DNA of 64,000 nucleotides from Acidimicrobiia bacterium (GTDB lineage Bacteria > Actinomycetota > Acidimicrobiia > Spongiisociales > Spongiisociaceae): assembly GCA_011523635.1 (NCBI GenBank), contig WTGI01000013.1:17177-81176 (forward strand). The letters run 5' to 3'. Positions 19,212 to 31,932 of the stretch are shown here, in pieces (the first letter of the stretch is position 1; each line of letters starts with the position of its first letter). The notes beneath the pieces are model-generated. The model was not told the origin of the DNA and did no database searches. It saw nothing but the letters and a program-made list of their open reading frames with translations. The translations under genes and the position numbers were made by a program.

Positions 19212-19586
19212 GTGCTCTGGGCTACACTGGCAGCAATGGAGTTAAGCAATATGGACTATGCAGTAGTCGTCGGGTTGTTCGGCATCTGGACCGCCATCCT
19301 GTGGCGGGTGATCTTCGTGCTCACTCGGGGTTTCGAGAGAAGCCTCGACGAGTTCAAGGCCCTTACCAACGAACGCTTCGACCGCCAAGACAGCGCCATC
19401 AAGGAAGGCTTCGCGGGTCAGGATGAGCGTTTCGACCGGCAGGACCGGCGGCTAGACAAGCAGGATGAGCGCCTGGAGAGGCACGGCGCTTTGTTACTCC
19501 AGTTGGTAAGGGACGTCGGTCTGCTGACCGGCGCGCTGATCGGAATACCGGAAAGGGAACGGGAGAGGGTCGGCTCCCGCGAGTAG
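19212..19586 (+). CDS. Small hypothetical membrane protein with internal ERFDRQD repeats
   Basis: 124 aa; N-terminal TM (VVVGLFGIWTAILWRVIFVL), then repeated ERFDRQD / DKQDERLER motifs. Confidence 0.5.
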   Translation: MLWATLAAMELSNMDYAVVVGLFGIWTAILWRVIFVLTRGFERSLDEFKALTNERFDRQDSAIKEGFAGQDERFDRQDRRLDKQDERLERHGALLLQLVRDVGLLTGALIGIPERERERVGSRE

Positions 19587-19618
19587 GCCTTACCGGTGGC
19601 CGGTGAGGGTGCGAAAGA

Positions 19619-19658
19619 GCAAGGGCCCGATGCGCGCATTGCGGCGCGCATCGGGCCC
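19619..19658. terminator. Bidirectional hairpin terminator (perfect 16-bp stem GGGCCCGATGCGCGCA / TGCGCGCATCGGGCCC, 4-nt loop)
   Basis: Direct read. It lies between convergent genes 19212..19586(+) and glnII(-). Confidence 0.75.
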
Positions 19659-19679
19659 TAGTGATCAGGGTCGGTTGTC

Positions 19680-20708
19680 TCAGGAGGAGGCCGCTCCACA
19701 GATGGTCTCCATGATCAGGCGGGTGACCACGTAGGGATCGCAGTTCGAGTTGGGACGGCGATCCTCGATGTAGCCCTTCTGGTTCTTGTAGGTGGTCCAG
19801 GGGATCCTCACCGATGCGCCCCGGTCGGACACGTCATAGTTGAACTGGTCGTAGCGCTGGGTCTCGTGCGCCCCGGTCAGGCGCATCTCGATGTCGGCGC
19901 CGTAGTTCTTGACGTGCTCCTCCGCGTTGGCGCCCAGAGCCTCGCAAGCGGCGATCACGGCGTCGTAGCTCTCCATCATCTGGCGGGTCGAGACGTTGGT
20001 GTGGCATCCGGCGCCGTTCCAGTCACCCGTTACCGGCTTCGGATGCAAGGTCACCTGGAGGCCGTAGTCCTCGGCGATCCGCTCGATCATCCAGCGGGCG
20101 ATCAGGATCTGGTCGGACACCTCTACGGGCGGCAGCGGCCCGATCTGGTACTCCCACTGCCCTGGCATCACTTCGGCGTTGGTGCCCTCGATCGACAGGC
20201 CGGCGTCGATGCAGGCCTGGCTGTGCGCATCCACTACGGGCCTCCCGAAGGCGCGATTGGCGCCCACCGAGCAGTAGTACGGGCCTTGGGGGGCCGGATA
20301 CCCACCGAGCGGGAACCCCGGCGGGGGACCGTAGTACTGGCTGGCCGTCGGATCCATCATCGTGATGAACGTGTATTCCTGCTCCAATCCGAAGATCGGA
20401 TTGAAGTCGGCGTACTTCTCGTAGGCCTCCACGCAGGCGGCCCGAGTGTTGGTGGGATGGGGTTCGAAGTCGGGCGTCAAGCACTCGCTCAGCACGAGGA
20501 TGTCGTCGCCGCCCCTGATCGGGTCGGGTACCTGCTTCACCGGCCGGAGGACCACATCCGAGTCACCTCCGGGCGCCTGGTTGGTGCTTGACCCGTCGAA
20601 GCCCCAGATGCCCGGCTCTTCGCCGTCCTTGAGCACGTTGGTCTTCGACCGCAGGAGCGGGGTCGGCTCGGTCCCGTCCGACCAGATGTACATAGCCCTG
20701 TATGCCAT
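19680..20708 (-). CDS. glnII: Glutamine synthetase type II (eukaryote-like GSII)
   Basis: 342 aa; MPGQWEYQIGP and GAGCHTN motifs diagnostic of GSII. Confidence 0.9.
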   Translation of the reverse strand: MAYRAMYIWSDGTEPTPLLRSKTNVLKDGEEPGIWGFDGSSTNQAPGGDSDVVLRPVKQVPDPIRGGDDILVLSECLTPDFEPHPTNTRAACVEAYEKYADFNPIFGLEQEYTFITMMDPTASQYYGPPPGFPLGGYPAPQGPYYCSVGANRAFGRPVVDAHSQACIDAGLSIEGTNAEVMPGQWEYQIGPLPPVEVSDQILIARWMIERIAEDYGLQVTLHPKPVTGDWNGAGCHTNVSTRQMMESYDAVIAACEALGANAEEHVKNYGADIEMRLTGAHETQRYDQFNYDVSDRGASVRIPWTTYKNQKGYIEDRRPNSNCDPYVVTRLIMETICGAASS

Positions 20709-20942
20709 ACGAGCATCCTCTCATCAACGGAATCCCCCATGCCGCGGTGAGCAGACCGCTTGGCGAGTGGCCGCCTCAACCCCAGTGCGATCATCGCACC
20801 CCCGGCATCTCGGGGCGTGGCGTGGCAAGGCTAGTCCGCCCGAGCCTGAATCGGAAACGCATTCGCGTTCCGGTCGTATGCGGATCCGGCGTGGCCGCGG
20901 CCTATTTGATGCGCGATGGTGCCGGATCCACCGCGACCCGGT

Positions 20943-21587
20943 TCATCCGTCCGGTCCTGCGGGTTTGACGGCCACCAGCAGTATGTCGTGGGCCATCCGC
21001 ACCAGGCCGTCCTCGCCCTCCACATCGCGGAATACCTTCTCGTTCCTCAGGAGATCCAGGTCGACGAAGTCGCCGGCGAGTGCTCTCTCGTTGAACAGCA
21101 CTTCCGGATACGGGGGCCCTCCCACCCCGTCCGTGATGTTGTCGGAGTGGTGGGCGATCAGCCAGACCGTCCCCCCGGGGGCGAGGGCCTCAGTGGCCTT
21201 GGCATGAGCCACCCGGCGGTCATGTGACGGGAGCTGCAGGTACGACAGAACGACCAGGTCGAACGCACCCGGAGGCGGCGTCCAGTCCTCCACCACGCTC
21301 GCCACCTCGAAGATCACCTCCACCGCGTGGTCGGCCGCCAACCGGCGGGCCTGCTCGATGGCCACCGGGGATAGGTCTATCCCGGTGACCCGATGGCCTT
21401 GGGTGGCCAGCCACACCGCGTTGCGTCCCTGCCCGCACCCGAGGTCGAGAACCCGGCGAGGGGTGAGCCCGGTCGCGTAATCGGCCAGGAACCGGTTGGG
21501 CTCTGTTCCCCAAACCATGCCCCGGGTCGCGTACCGCTCGTTCCAGGCCTGTACGGTGCCGCTCTCGTGATAGCCCCAATTATTCAT
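20943..21587 (-). CDS. Class I SAM-dependent methyltransferase
   Basis: Motif I VLDLGCGQGRN; 214 aa. Confidence 0.75.
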   Translation of the reverse strand: MNNWGYHESGTVQAWNERYATRGMVWGTEPNRFLADYATGLTPRRVLDLGCGQGRNAVWLATQGHRVTGIDLSPVAIEQARRLAADHAVEVIFEVASVVEDWTPPPGAFDLVVLSYLQLPSHDRRVAHAKATEALAPGGTVWLIAHHSDNITDGVGGPPYPEVLFNERALAGDFVDLDLLRNEKVFRDVEGEDGLVRMAHDILLVAVKPAGPDG

Positions 21588-21833
21588 GGTGGGGGTTTGT
21601 CCGGGTGACGGGAATGGGTGATCCGTGCTCCTGGCCTGGAGTTATAACCATCTAACAGCCCGATCTTCCGGCCGGGTGTGGAATCAGCTGGTCATGGGCG
21701 CCGCGTCGCGAATGATGTGGTTGAAGTGGCCTGATTCGCGTGGTGTGCTGGGAACAGGAATAATCGGGGCTAGGAGGCGGGTCGCACATGTCCCGAGGCC
21801 TCGGCATCGCCTGCCGGCAGCATGGAACCGGCC

Positions 21834-22226
21834 TTAGCCCAGGTTCCCGCTCCGGGCAGCCACGATCTCTATCTCGACGCGGAACCCGCCCGGCAGGGCG
21901 GACACCTGCACTGCGGACCGGGCCGGGGGGTCGGCATCGAAGTACTCGGCGTACACCTCGTTGATAGCTGCGTAGTCCCCGATGTCAACCATGAAGATGG
22001 TGGTCTTGACGATGTCGCCGTAACCGAGGCCGATGTCGCCCAGCATGGCGCCGATGTTGTTCATGACCTGGCGGGTCTGCGCAGAGCTGTCACCGTCCTC
22101 TCGCCCACCCTCCGGCACGAGCGCCACCTGACCCGATAGGAACACCAGGCCGGCAGCCTCGATCGCCACCGTGTACGGACCGATGGCGGGTGGGGCGCTG
22201 GGGGTTTCAAGAGTCCTCTTTGCCAT
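21834..22226 (-). CDS. RidA/YjgF family reactive-intermediate deaminase
   Basis: 130 aa; PAIGPYTVA...AARSAVQVSALP family motifs. Confidence 0.8.
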   Translation of the reverse strand: MAKRTLETPSAPPAIGPYTVAIEAAGLVFLSGQVALVPEGGREDGDSSAQTRQVMNNIGAMLGDIGLGYGDIVKTTIFMVDIGDYAAINEVYAEYFDADPPARSAVQVSALPGGFRVEIEIVAARSGNLG

Positions 22227-22335
22227 AGCGATGCCTCCGTAGCCTGAGGTTCAGAGGCTACCGCGCCGGGTGGCGATCTCGGGCACTCGACCACGGCACC
22301 CCACGAACTCGCAGCATTCGGCTCGTTATCATCGA

Positions 22336-22363
22336 CAACTAGCGACTAGCGACTAGCGACTAG
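22336..22363. repeat. Tandem heptamer repeat CAACTAG + (CGACTAG)x3 overlapping the erpA stop codon
   Basis: Direct read: CAACTAG CGACTAG CGACTAG CGACTAG. The last TAG is the erpA stop on the minus strand. Confidence 0.8.
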
Positions 22364-22722
22364 CTAAAGCTATTCCCGCAGCCGCACGACCTGCTGACGT
22401 TCGGGTTGTTGATGGCGAAGCCCGCCCCCATGAGGCCGTCCTGGTAGTCCAGGGTCGAGCCGCGCAGCAGGTCCACGCTCTGGCGGTCCACCAGCACGTC
22501 GACGCCTTCGAACTCCTCGACGACGTCGGCGTCGGACCTATCGGAGTCGAAGAACATCTCGTACGAGAATCCGGAACATCCTCCGGGGCGGACGGCCATG
22601 CGTAGGGCGAGGGCCGGATCCCCCTCGGAGACCAGCAGCTCACGCACCTTGGCAACCGCTCCGTCGGTCAGCGTGACCGCCCGCATCGGTCGGCGCGTGG
22701 TGATGTTGACGAGCTGTTCCAT
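22360..22722 (-). CDS. erpA: Fe-S cluster insertion protein (HesB/IscA/ErpA family)
   Basis: C-terminal 120 aa of the track ORF 22360..23352, starting MEQLVNITT; A-type carrier motifs GGCSGFSY and SCGCGNSF. The upstream part of the long ORF is antisense to mrp upstream DNA. Confidence 0.8.
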   Translation of the reverse strand: MEQLVNITTRRPMRAVTLTDGAVAKVRELLVSEGDPALALRMAVRPGGCSGFSYEMFFDSDRSDADVVEEFEGVDVLVDRQSVDLLRGSTLDYQDGLMGAGFAINNPNVSRSCGCGNSFS

Positions 22723-22957
22723 CCGGGCACTCCCGATCGACCGTCCCGGGCCATCCCGAGGGATCGGCCCGGCCCAGGCATTATACAAGCGGCCGGCAAC
22801 CAACCGTGAGATCGGACGCAGGAAGTGGGCGAATCTGTGCGGCGCGGTGTTGCCCTCCGTGATCCGGTTCGCCGGCGAAGGTCGGGGAGAGCCGGTGTGC
22901 CGACAACTGCGATATGTCGATAAGGTGGGCCGATCCGACGGATGCGCGGAGACGACC

Positions 22958-24097
22958 ATGCCACATCCCCTGACCGAAGACCGGATCATGGAGGCCCTCC
23001 GAGGGGTGATGGACCCTGAACTGGGTTCGGACGTGGTCGATCTGGGGATGGTGCGCGAGGTCGTTCTCGACGAAGGCGTCGTGACCATCGGTCTGGCTCT
23101 GACCATCGCCGAGTGTCCGATGCGGGGCCAGATCGAGAACGACACCGTCCGCAGGATCGAGGCCATCCCCGGAGTGCGAAGGGTGGTGGTCGAGACCCGG
23201 GCCATGACCCGGAAACAACGCTCGGAGCTGATGGAGGTGGCTCGCCGCCGCGCCCGGGAGAACGCAGCACCCACCCGCGTGCCGCCCACCACCAGGACGA
23301 TCGCGGTCGGGAGCGGCAAGGGCGGGGTCGGCAAGAGTTCGGTCTCGGTCAACCTGGCCCTGGCGCTCGGCCGGGTGGGTTACCGGGTCGGGTTGCTCGA
23401 TGCCGATATCTGGGGGTTCTCGATCCCGAGGATGCTGGGGACCGACGCCCGGATCGAGGCCGACCCGGCTACCAGGCTCATGCAACCGGTAGAGGCGTAC
23501 GGCATCGAGGTGGTGTCCACCGGCCTGATCATCGAGTCGGAGGAGACCGCCCTCATGTGGCGGGGCTTGATGCTCTCCAAGGCGCTGGAGCAGTTCCTCC
23601 AGCAGGTCGCCTGGGGCAAGCTCGACTACCTGGTCATCGATCTGCCGCCCGGCACCGGCGACGTCCAGATGGCGCTGTCACGCCTGCTTCCCCAGTCGGA
23701 GATGGTCGTGGTGACCACCCCTTCCCTGACTGCCCAGAAGGTGGCGATCAGGGTGGCAGACATGGCTCGCCGCTCCGCCATGCCGGTGGTGGCGGTGATC
23801 GAGAACATGTCCTACTTCGAGACTCCGGACGGGCAGCGCTTCGAGCTGTTCGGCCGAGGTGGGGGAGAAGCGCTGGCGGACTCGCTGAACGTCCCCCTCA
23901 TCGGAGCGATCCCCCTGGATCCGGCCCTGGGCGCCGGGGCCGACCGGGGCGAGCCGGTGGTGGTCGTCAGACCAGATGGTCCTGCGGCCCGGGTCTTCAC
24001 GGAAGTGGCCGGAAGGCTGCTCGAACTGGTTCCCCCGGCCGAGGCCGAGACCTGCACGGGTCGGATCGCCAAGCTGATGGCGGCGCTCTCCTCGTAG
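22958..24097 (+). CDS. apbC: Fe-S cluster carrier ATPase Mrp/ApbC (with N-terminal MIP18/DUF59 domain)
   Basis: ATG 22958 (MPHPLTEDRIMEAL). P-loop GSGKGGVGKSSVSVNLA and a CPMRG motif. Divergent from erpA. Confidence 0.85.
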   Translation: MPHPLTEDRIMEALRGVMDPELGSDVVDLGMVREVVLDEGVVTIGLALTIAECPMRGQIENDTVRRIEAIPGVRRVVVETRAMTRKQRSELMEVARRRARENAAPTRVPPTTRTIAVGSGKGGVGKSSVSVNLALALGRVGYRVGLLDADIWGFSIPRMLGTDARIEADPATRLMQPVEAYGIEVVSTGLIIESEETALMWRGLMLSKALEQFLQQVAWGKLDYLVIDLPPGTGDVQMALSRLLPQSEMVVVTTPSLTAQKVAIRVADMARRSAMPVVAVIENMSYFETPDGQRFELFGRGGGEALADSLNVPLIGAIPLDPALGAGADRGEPVVVVRPDGPAARVFTEVAGRLLELVPPAEAETCTGRIAKLMAALSS

Positions 24098-24179
24098 GAC
24101 GCCGCCCGTCCGGCTCGATTTACCCGAATACCTCGGGGGTGGTGCCGGGTTCCGCTCCGGTCGTGGCACAATTCCCACC

Positions 24180-25309
24180 ATGCTTTACCTGGACCATGCC
24201 GCCTCCTCCCCCCTGCGACCCGAGGTGTGGGCCGCGATGGAACCTTTCCGTCTCGACGTCTACGGCAATCCGTCAGGGAGCCACGCCATCTCCCGGAGCG
24301 CCAAGAACGCCCTCGAGGATTCCCGCGACCTGGCAGCCTCGCTCATCAACGCCGACCCGAGCGAGATCGTGTTCACAGGGGGTGGATCGGAGGCCGACAA
24401 CCTGGCCATCAAGGGCAGGGCCTTCTCGGGTGGGCGCCGGGGCGCCATCATCACGTCGCCCACGGAACACGACGCCGTCCTCATGAGCACCGAGTACTGC
24501 CACTCCTTCGGATCCGCGGTCACCTACGCGAAGGTGACCACCGATGGCCTCGTCGACCCGGCCGAGGTCGCCTCCCATGTGACCGCGGATACGGCGGTGG
24601 TCTCGATCATGATGGGCAACAATGAAACCGGCGTGAGGATGCCCGTCGAGGAGGTGGCGGCAGCGGTAAAGGCTGCCCACCCCGCGGCCATCGTCCACAC
24701 CGATGCGGTCCAGGGTTACGTCTCGGAACGGGTGGATGTCGACGCTCTGGGTGTCGACCTACTATCTCTCGCGGCGCACAAGTTCGGAGGTCCCAAGGGC
24801 GTGGGCTTTCTCTACGTCCGGTCCGGGACTCCTCTTGCTCCCCTGGTCCATGGTGGCGGGCAGGAACTCGGTCGGCGTTCCGGTACCCACAACGTGATGG
24901 CCGTGGTCGGAATGGCGGCCGCTATGGCCGCTCTCGGGGACGACCGGGCCGCCTTCCGGTCCCGGGTCATGGGCGAACGCGACGCTTTCGAAGCTACCTT
25001 GGCCCGGCTGATCCCGGACCTGGTCGTCACCGGCGCCGGCGCGGCCCGGATGGTCCAGACCAGCCACGTCCGCATTCCCGGTGTTCGCAACGAGATGCTG
25101 CTGGTCCGGCTCGACCGGGCCGGGCTGGCCGCGTCCGCGGCCTCCGCCTGCCAATCGGGCGCGGCGACGGTCTCCCACGTGCTCGAGGCCATGGGTATGA
25201 GTCCAGCTCTGGCCAGGGAGTGCCTCCGGTTCTCGTTCGGCTGGTCGACCGCAGAGGGCGAGGGCGCCCGCGCGGCCAGGCTGGTGGCCGGCGAAGCAGG
25301 CGCCCTGCG

Positions 25310-25313
<4 letters not shown>
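24180..25313 (+). CDS. Cysteine desulfurase (class V aminotransferase, NifS/IscS-like)
   Basis: 377 aa; PLP-lysine region SLAAHKFGGPKGVGFLY. Confidence 0.85.
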
Positions 25314-28419
<3,106 letters not shown>

Positions 28420-28425
28420 TAACAG

Positions 28426-28453
28426 CAACTAGCAACTAGCAACTAGCAACTAG
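28426..28453. repeat. Tandem heptamer repeat (CAACTAG)x4 between convergent ligA and a hypothetical gene
   Basis: Direct read. The last TAG is the stop codon of the minus-strand ORF 28450..28851. Confidence 0.85.
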
Positions 28454-28851
28454 AAGACCCGGAACTCCCAGCTGTACCGGCCTTCGTCGGGAAGCCCGCT
28501 CAGCTTCCGCCAACTCACCAGAACGGTGTGCGGGCCCGGTGTCCATACGATGGTCGAGGAACGGGTCGGCGCCCACGAGTGCACGCCGGTTCCCTCCACG
28601 AAACGTACCTCCGACTCGGGCACCCGGAAGCCGTCGATGTAGATCTCCACCCGGTAGCCGACCGGGACGTCCACCTCGACGGGCGTCTGGAGCGGTACCT
28701 GGCTGCCGGGTTGGGGCGAGATCTGCTCGAGCACACGAGGCAATGGCTCACGACCCGTGTCCGGTGACCCGAAGACGAACCCCATCACGACCACCAGGAC
28801 CGCCGCCAGACCGAGCAACAGGAATACGGCGAGGTAGCGCCGATCGGTCAC
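28450..28851 (-). CDS. Hypothetical membrane-anchored/secreted protein
   Basis: 133 aa; N-terminal TM helix. No domain recognised. Confidence 0.5.
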   Translation of the reverse strand: MTDRRYLAVFLLLGLAAVLVVVMGFVFGSPDTGREPLPRVLEQISPQPGSQVPLQTPVEVDVPVGYRVEIYIDGFRVPESEVRFVEGTGVHSWAPTRSSTIVWTPGPHTVLVSWRKLSGLPDEGRYSWEFRVF

Positions 28852-28894
28852 GTCCGGGTCTCCACGGCAGGGGATTCTATGGGGTGGTTCACCC

Positions 28895-30088
28895 GTGGGG
28901 TTCGCCAGCCGGAGCGGGTTGCCATGGCCATCACGCTACCCTGACCCCGTGCGCGTGAATCCGGTGCTGGACCAGATCGGCTCCCACGCCATTACGGCCA
29001 TACACGACCGGGCCCGCCACCTCCGCGCGGCCGGTAGGCCACTGGTCGACTTCTCGATCGGCGATCCGCGCGAGCCGACTCCTCCCTTCATTCCAGAGGC
29101 GCTCAAAGGAGCGGTTCCGAAGGTGTCGCAGTACCCCACGGTGATGGGCCTGCCCGCCCTGCGCCGCGCCATCGCCGGCTATGCCGGTCGCCGCTTCGGC
29201 GTGGACGTCGATCCTGATACCCAGGTGTTGCCCACGACCGGCTCCAAGGAGTCCATCTTCTCCACGGCGCTCGCGTTCGTCGACCGCGACGCCGGCGACG
29301 GGGTGGTGTGGCCCACCCCCGGCTATCCCATCTACGAGCGGGGCGCCCGCCTCTCCGGGGCATTGCCCCTCCCGGTCCGCCTGAAGGACGACTTCCTGTT
29401 TCGCGTCTCCGACGTTCCGGACCGATCCTGGGAGCGGGCGCGCATGCTATGGCTGAACAGCCCCCACAATCCGACCGGCGTGGTCAGTTCGCTCGACGAG
29501 CTGGCCCGGTTCCGGGAACGGGCGCAGCATCACGGGGTGCTGTTGTGCTCCGACGAGTGCTACGTGGATCTCTATGACCACGATCCGCCCGCCTCTCTCC
29601 TCGAGGCGGGAGGCACGAAGGGGGTGCTCGTGTATCTGAGCCTCTCCAAGCGGAGCGGTATGACCGGCTACCGGAGCGGAGCAATCGTGGGGGACGAGCG
29701 GGCGATCGCCGTGCTCAGATCCCTGCGCACCGGAACGGGCACGGCCCCTCCCGAGTTCACCCAGGCTGCTGCCATCGCCGCCTGGAACGACGATGCCCAT
29801 GTCGAACAGCGGCGTACACTCTTCCGGCGCAAGCGGGTGATCATCTCCCGAGGGTTCGCGGCGCTCGGTTACCCGACGATCGGCTCCGAAGCGGGCCTGT
29901 ACATCTGGTTGAAGGTAGAGGATGACGTGGCCATCACCGAGCGGCTCCTGGAACACGGCGTAGTGGTCTCTCCCGGTCGCGTGTTCGGCCCCGGTGGCGA
30001 GGGGCATATCCGCCTGGCGCTGGTACCCACCCTGGACGAATGCGAGCAGGCGATCGACGTGGTCAGAACCTGCCTGGGTAGCCCATGA
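28895..30088 (+). CDS. dapC: Class I/II PLP aminotransferase, probably N-succinyldiaminopimelate aminotransferase
   Basis: SLSKRSGMTGYRSG PLP-lysine region. Adjacent to and overlapping dapE. GTG start. Confidence 0.7.
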   Translation: MGFASRSGLPWPSRYPDPVRVNPVLDQIGSHAITAIHDRARHLRAAGRPLVDFSIGDPREPTPPFIPEALKGAVPKVSQYPTVMGLPALRRAIAGYAGRRFGVDVDPDTQVLPTTGSKESIFSTALAFVDRDAGDGVVWPTPGYPIYERGARLSGALPLPVRLKDDFLFRVSDVPDRSWERARMLWLNSPHNPTGVVSSLDELARFRERAQHHGVLLCSDECYVDLYDHDPPASLLEAGGTKGVLVYLSLSKRSGMTGYRSGAIVGDERAIAVLRSLRTGTGTAPPEFTQAAAIAAWNDDAHVEQRRTLFRRKRVIISRGFAALGYPTIGSEAGLYIWLKVEDDVAITERLLEHGVVVSPGRVFGPGGEGHIRLALVPTLDECEQAIDVVRTCLGSP

Positions 30089-31146
30089 CGGTGCTGGACA
30101 CCCTGTGCTGGCTGGTCGACACCCCGTCTCCTACCGGCCAGGAGGGCCAACTCTGCGAAGCCCTCTCGCGCCGGCTCGGTTCGACTTATGCGAGCGAGCA
30201 CATTCGGCGCATCGGCAACAGCCTGGCGGTAGGCGGCCGCACCGGGCGCCCACTCCTCCTACTGGTCGGTCACATCGATACCGTGCCTCCCCAAGGTCAG
30301 GGTCCGGCTCAGGTCGAGGGAGGACGGCTGCTCGGTCTCGGAACGTCGGACATGAAGTCGGGCGTCGCGGTCATGGTTCACCTGCTCGAGGAGGAGACGG
30401 TCCGGGAGGGCCCCTTCGATGTGGTCGGCGTGTTCTACGATGCCGAGGAGGGTCCCGACGCGGGGAACGGCCTCGAGCCGGTTCTGCAGGAACTGTCATG
30501 GCTGTCCGAGGCCGAGTTCGCGGTGGTGCTCGAGCCCACGGACCTCGAGCTCCAGCTCGGTTGCCAGGGCACCGCGAACGCCACCGTCCGTTTCGAGGGC
30601 AAGAGCGCCCATAGCGCCCGCCCCTGGCTGGGCGAGAACGCCGTCACCAAGGCAGGCGCGTGGCTCGCCGATCTCCACGAGCGGCAGCCCGAGGAACACG
30701 TGGTGTCGGGCCTTTCCTTCTACGAGGTGTTCTCCGTAACCCAGGCTTCCGCCGGGGTGGCGCGCAATGTGATCCCGGGACGTTTCGATCTCCATCTCAA
30801 CTACCGGTTCCCGCCCGACGTGTCCCCCGAAGCGGCGCGCAGGCGGATGTCCGAGATTGCCGCCCCCGCCGACGCCCTGGAGGTCCATGAGATCGTTCCC
30901 GGCGCCCCGGTCCCGGAAGGCAACCCGCACCTCGACCGGCTGATCCGAGCCACAGGCGCTCCGCTCACTCCCAAGCAGGCCTGGACGGATGTTGCCCGTC
31001 TGGCGCGCTACGGGATACCGGCGGTCAACTACGGACCGGGTGAGGTTGCCCAGGCCCACCAGGCCACGGAGAGCGTGCCGATCGCCAACCTGGGACCGGC
31101 ACTGGAGGCCCTGCTCGGTTTCCTGGCCGAAGCGCCATCCGGCTGA
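30085..31146 (+). CDS. dapE: Succinyl-diaminopimelate desuccinylase (M20 metallopeptidase)
   Basis: LLLVGHIDTVP and GTSDMKSG motifs. Confidence 0.8.
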   Translation: MTVLDTLCWLVDTPSPTGQEGQLCEALSRRLGSTYASEHIRRIGNSLAVGGRTGRPLLLLVGHIDTVPPQGQGPAQVEGGRLLGLGTSDMKSGVAVMVHLLEEETVREGPFDVVGVFYDAEEGPDAGNGLEPVLQELSWLSEAEFAVVLEPTDLELQLGCQGTANATVRFEGKSAHSARPWLGENAVTKAGAWLADLHERQPEEHVVSGLSFYEVFSVTQASAGVARNVIPGRFDLHLNYRFPPDVSPEAARRRMSEIAAPADALEVHEIVPGAPVPEGNPHLDRLIRATGAPLTPKQAWTDVARLARYGIPAVNYGPGEVAQAHQATESVPIANLGPALEALLGFLAEAPSG

Positions 31147-31175
31147 TATACCGGCACTCCCAGGCCGGCCCACCC

Positions 31176-31568
31176 GTGATCTGGATCGTGGTGTGCTGCT
31201 GGTGGATCCCGGTCGTCCTCCTTTCGTCGGTGAACGATCCCGAGAGAGCCCCATACCTGGCCGGGTTGTTTCCGGTGCTCTCGCTGATCTACCTGGGCTT
31301 TCTCCGGCTGACAGTGACGGTCAGCGCTGCCGAGATCCTTCTGGCCTACACCTTCGGCTGGCCCCGCCGGCGGATCGACCGCGACAGGGTCATCTCGGCC
31401 GTTCCGGAGCGGATTCCCCTGTGGTACGGGTGGGGCATCCGGCGCACGCCCAAGGGTTGGATGTGGAACGTGTGGGGACGGGACGCGGTGCGGGTCACCC
31501 TTACGGAGAAGGAGTTCTTGATAGGCACCGACGATCCTGACGGGCTGGCCGCTGCCTTGACGCGTTAG
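31176..31568 (+). CDS. Hypothetical small membrane protein (PH-like C-terminal region)
   Basis: 130 aa with two N-terminal TM segments. Confidence 0.5.
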   Translation: MIWIVVCCWWIPVVLLSSVNDPERAPYLAGLFPVLSLIYLGFLRLTVTVSAAEILLAYTFGWPRRRIDRDRVISAVPERIPLWYGWGIRRTPKGWMWNVWGRDAVRVTLTEKEFLIGTDDPDGLAAALTR

Positions 31569-31581
31569 CTAGCGCCCAACG

Positions 31582-31929
31582 GTGCCAGCGCGCCATCCGG
31601 GATGCCGTCCGCTGCCGGTTAACCTCCCGCCCGTGGCCATAGAGATCGACATTTCCCACGTGGCGCGACTAGCGCGTCTCGAGTTGTCCGACCGGCAACT
31701 GGACACCTACGGGCGCCAGTGCCGGGAGTTGCTCGAGCACGTAGCTCGCATCCAGGCGGTGGATACCGAGGGTGTGGAGCCCACCTCCCATCCCCTCCCC
31801 ATGACCAACCGTTTCCGCGAGGATCGAATCACCCCGGAGACGGTGCTGGGCCACGAGGAGGTGCTGGCCCAGGCCCCGGACACCGAAGGCCCGTTCTTCC
31901 GGGTGCCGCCGGCCATCGAGGAGGCCTGA
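31582..31929 (+). CDS. gatC: Asp/Glu-tRNA amidotransferase subunit C
   Basis: GatC-length and position, immediately upstream of gatA. The likely true start is GTG 31634 (MAIEIDISHVARLARLEL). Confidence 0.8.
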   Translation: MPARHPGCRPLPVNLPPVAIEIDISHVARLARLELSDRQLDTYGRQCRELLEHVARIQAVDTEGVEPTSHPLPMTNRFREDRITPETVLGHEEVLAQAPDTEGPFFRVPPAIEEA

Positions 31930-31932
31930 GCC

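Noticed and set aside
22723-23352. N-terminal 210 aa of the 330-aa minus ORF 22360..23352 (and the 22598..22957 extension of the mrp ORF)
   Set aside because: Only the last 120 aa (erpA) show A-type carrier motifs. Only the part from ATG 22958 (mrp) shows the P-loop carrier domain. The extensions overlap each other in the divergent promoter region and are low-complexity.
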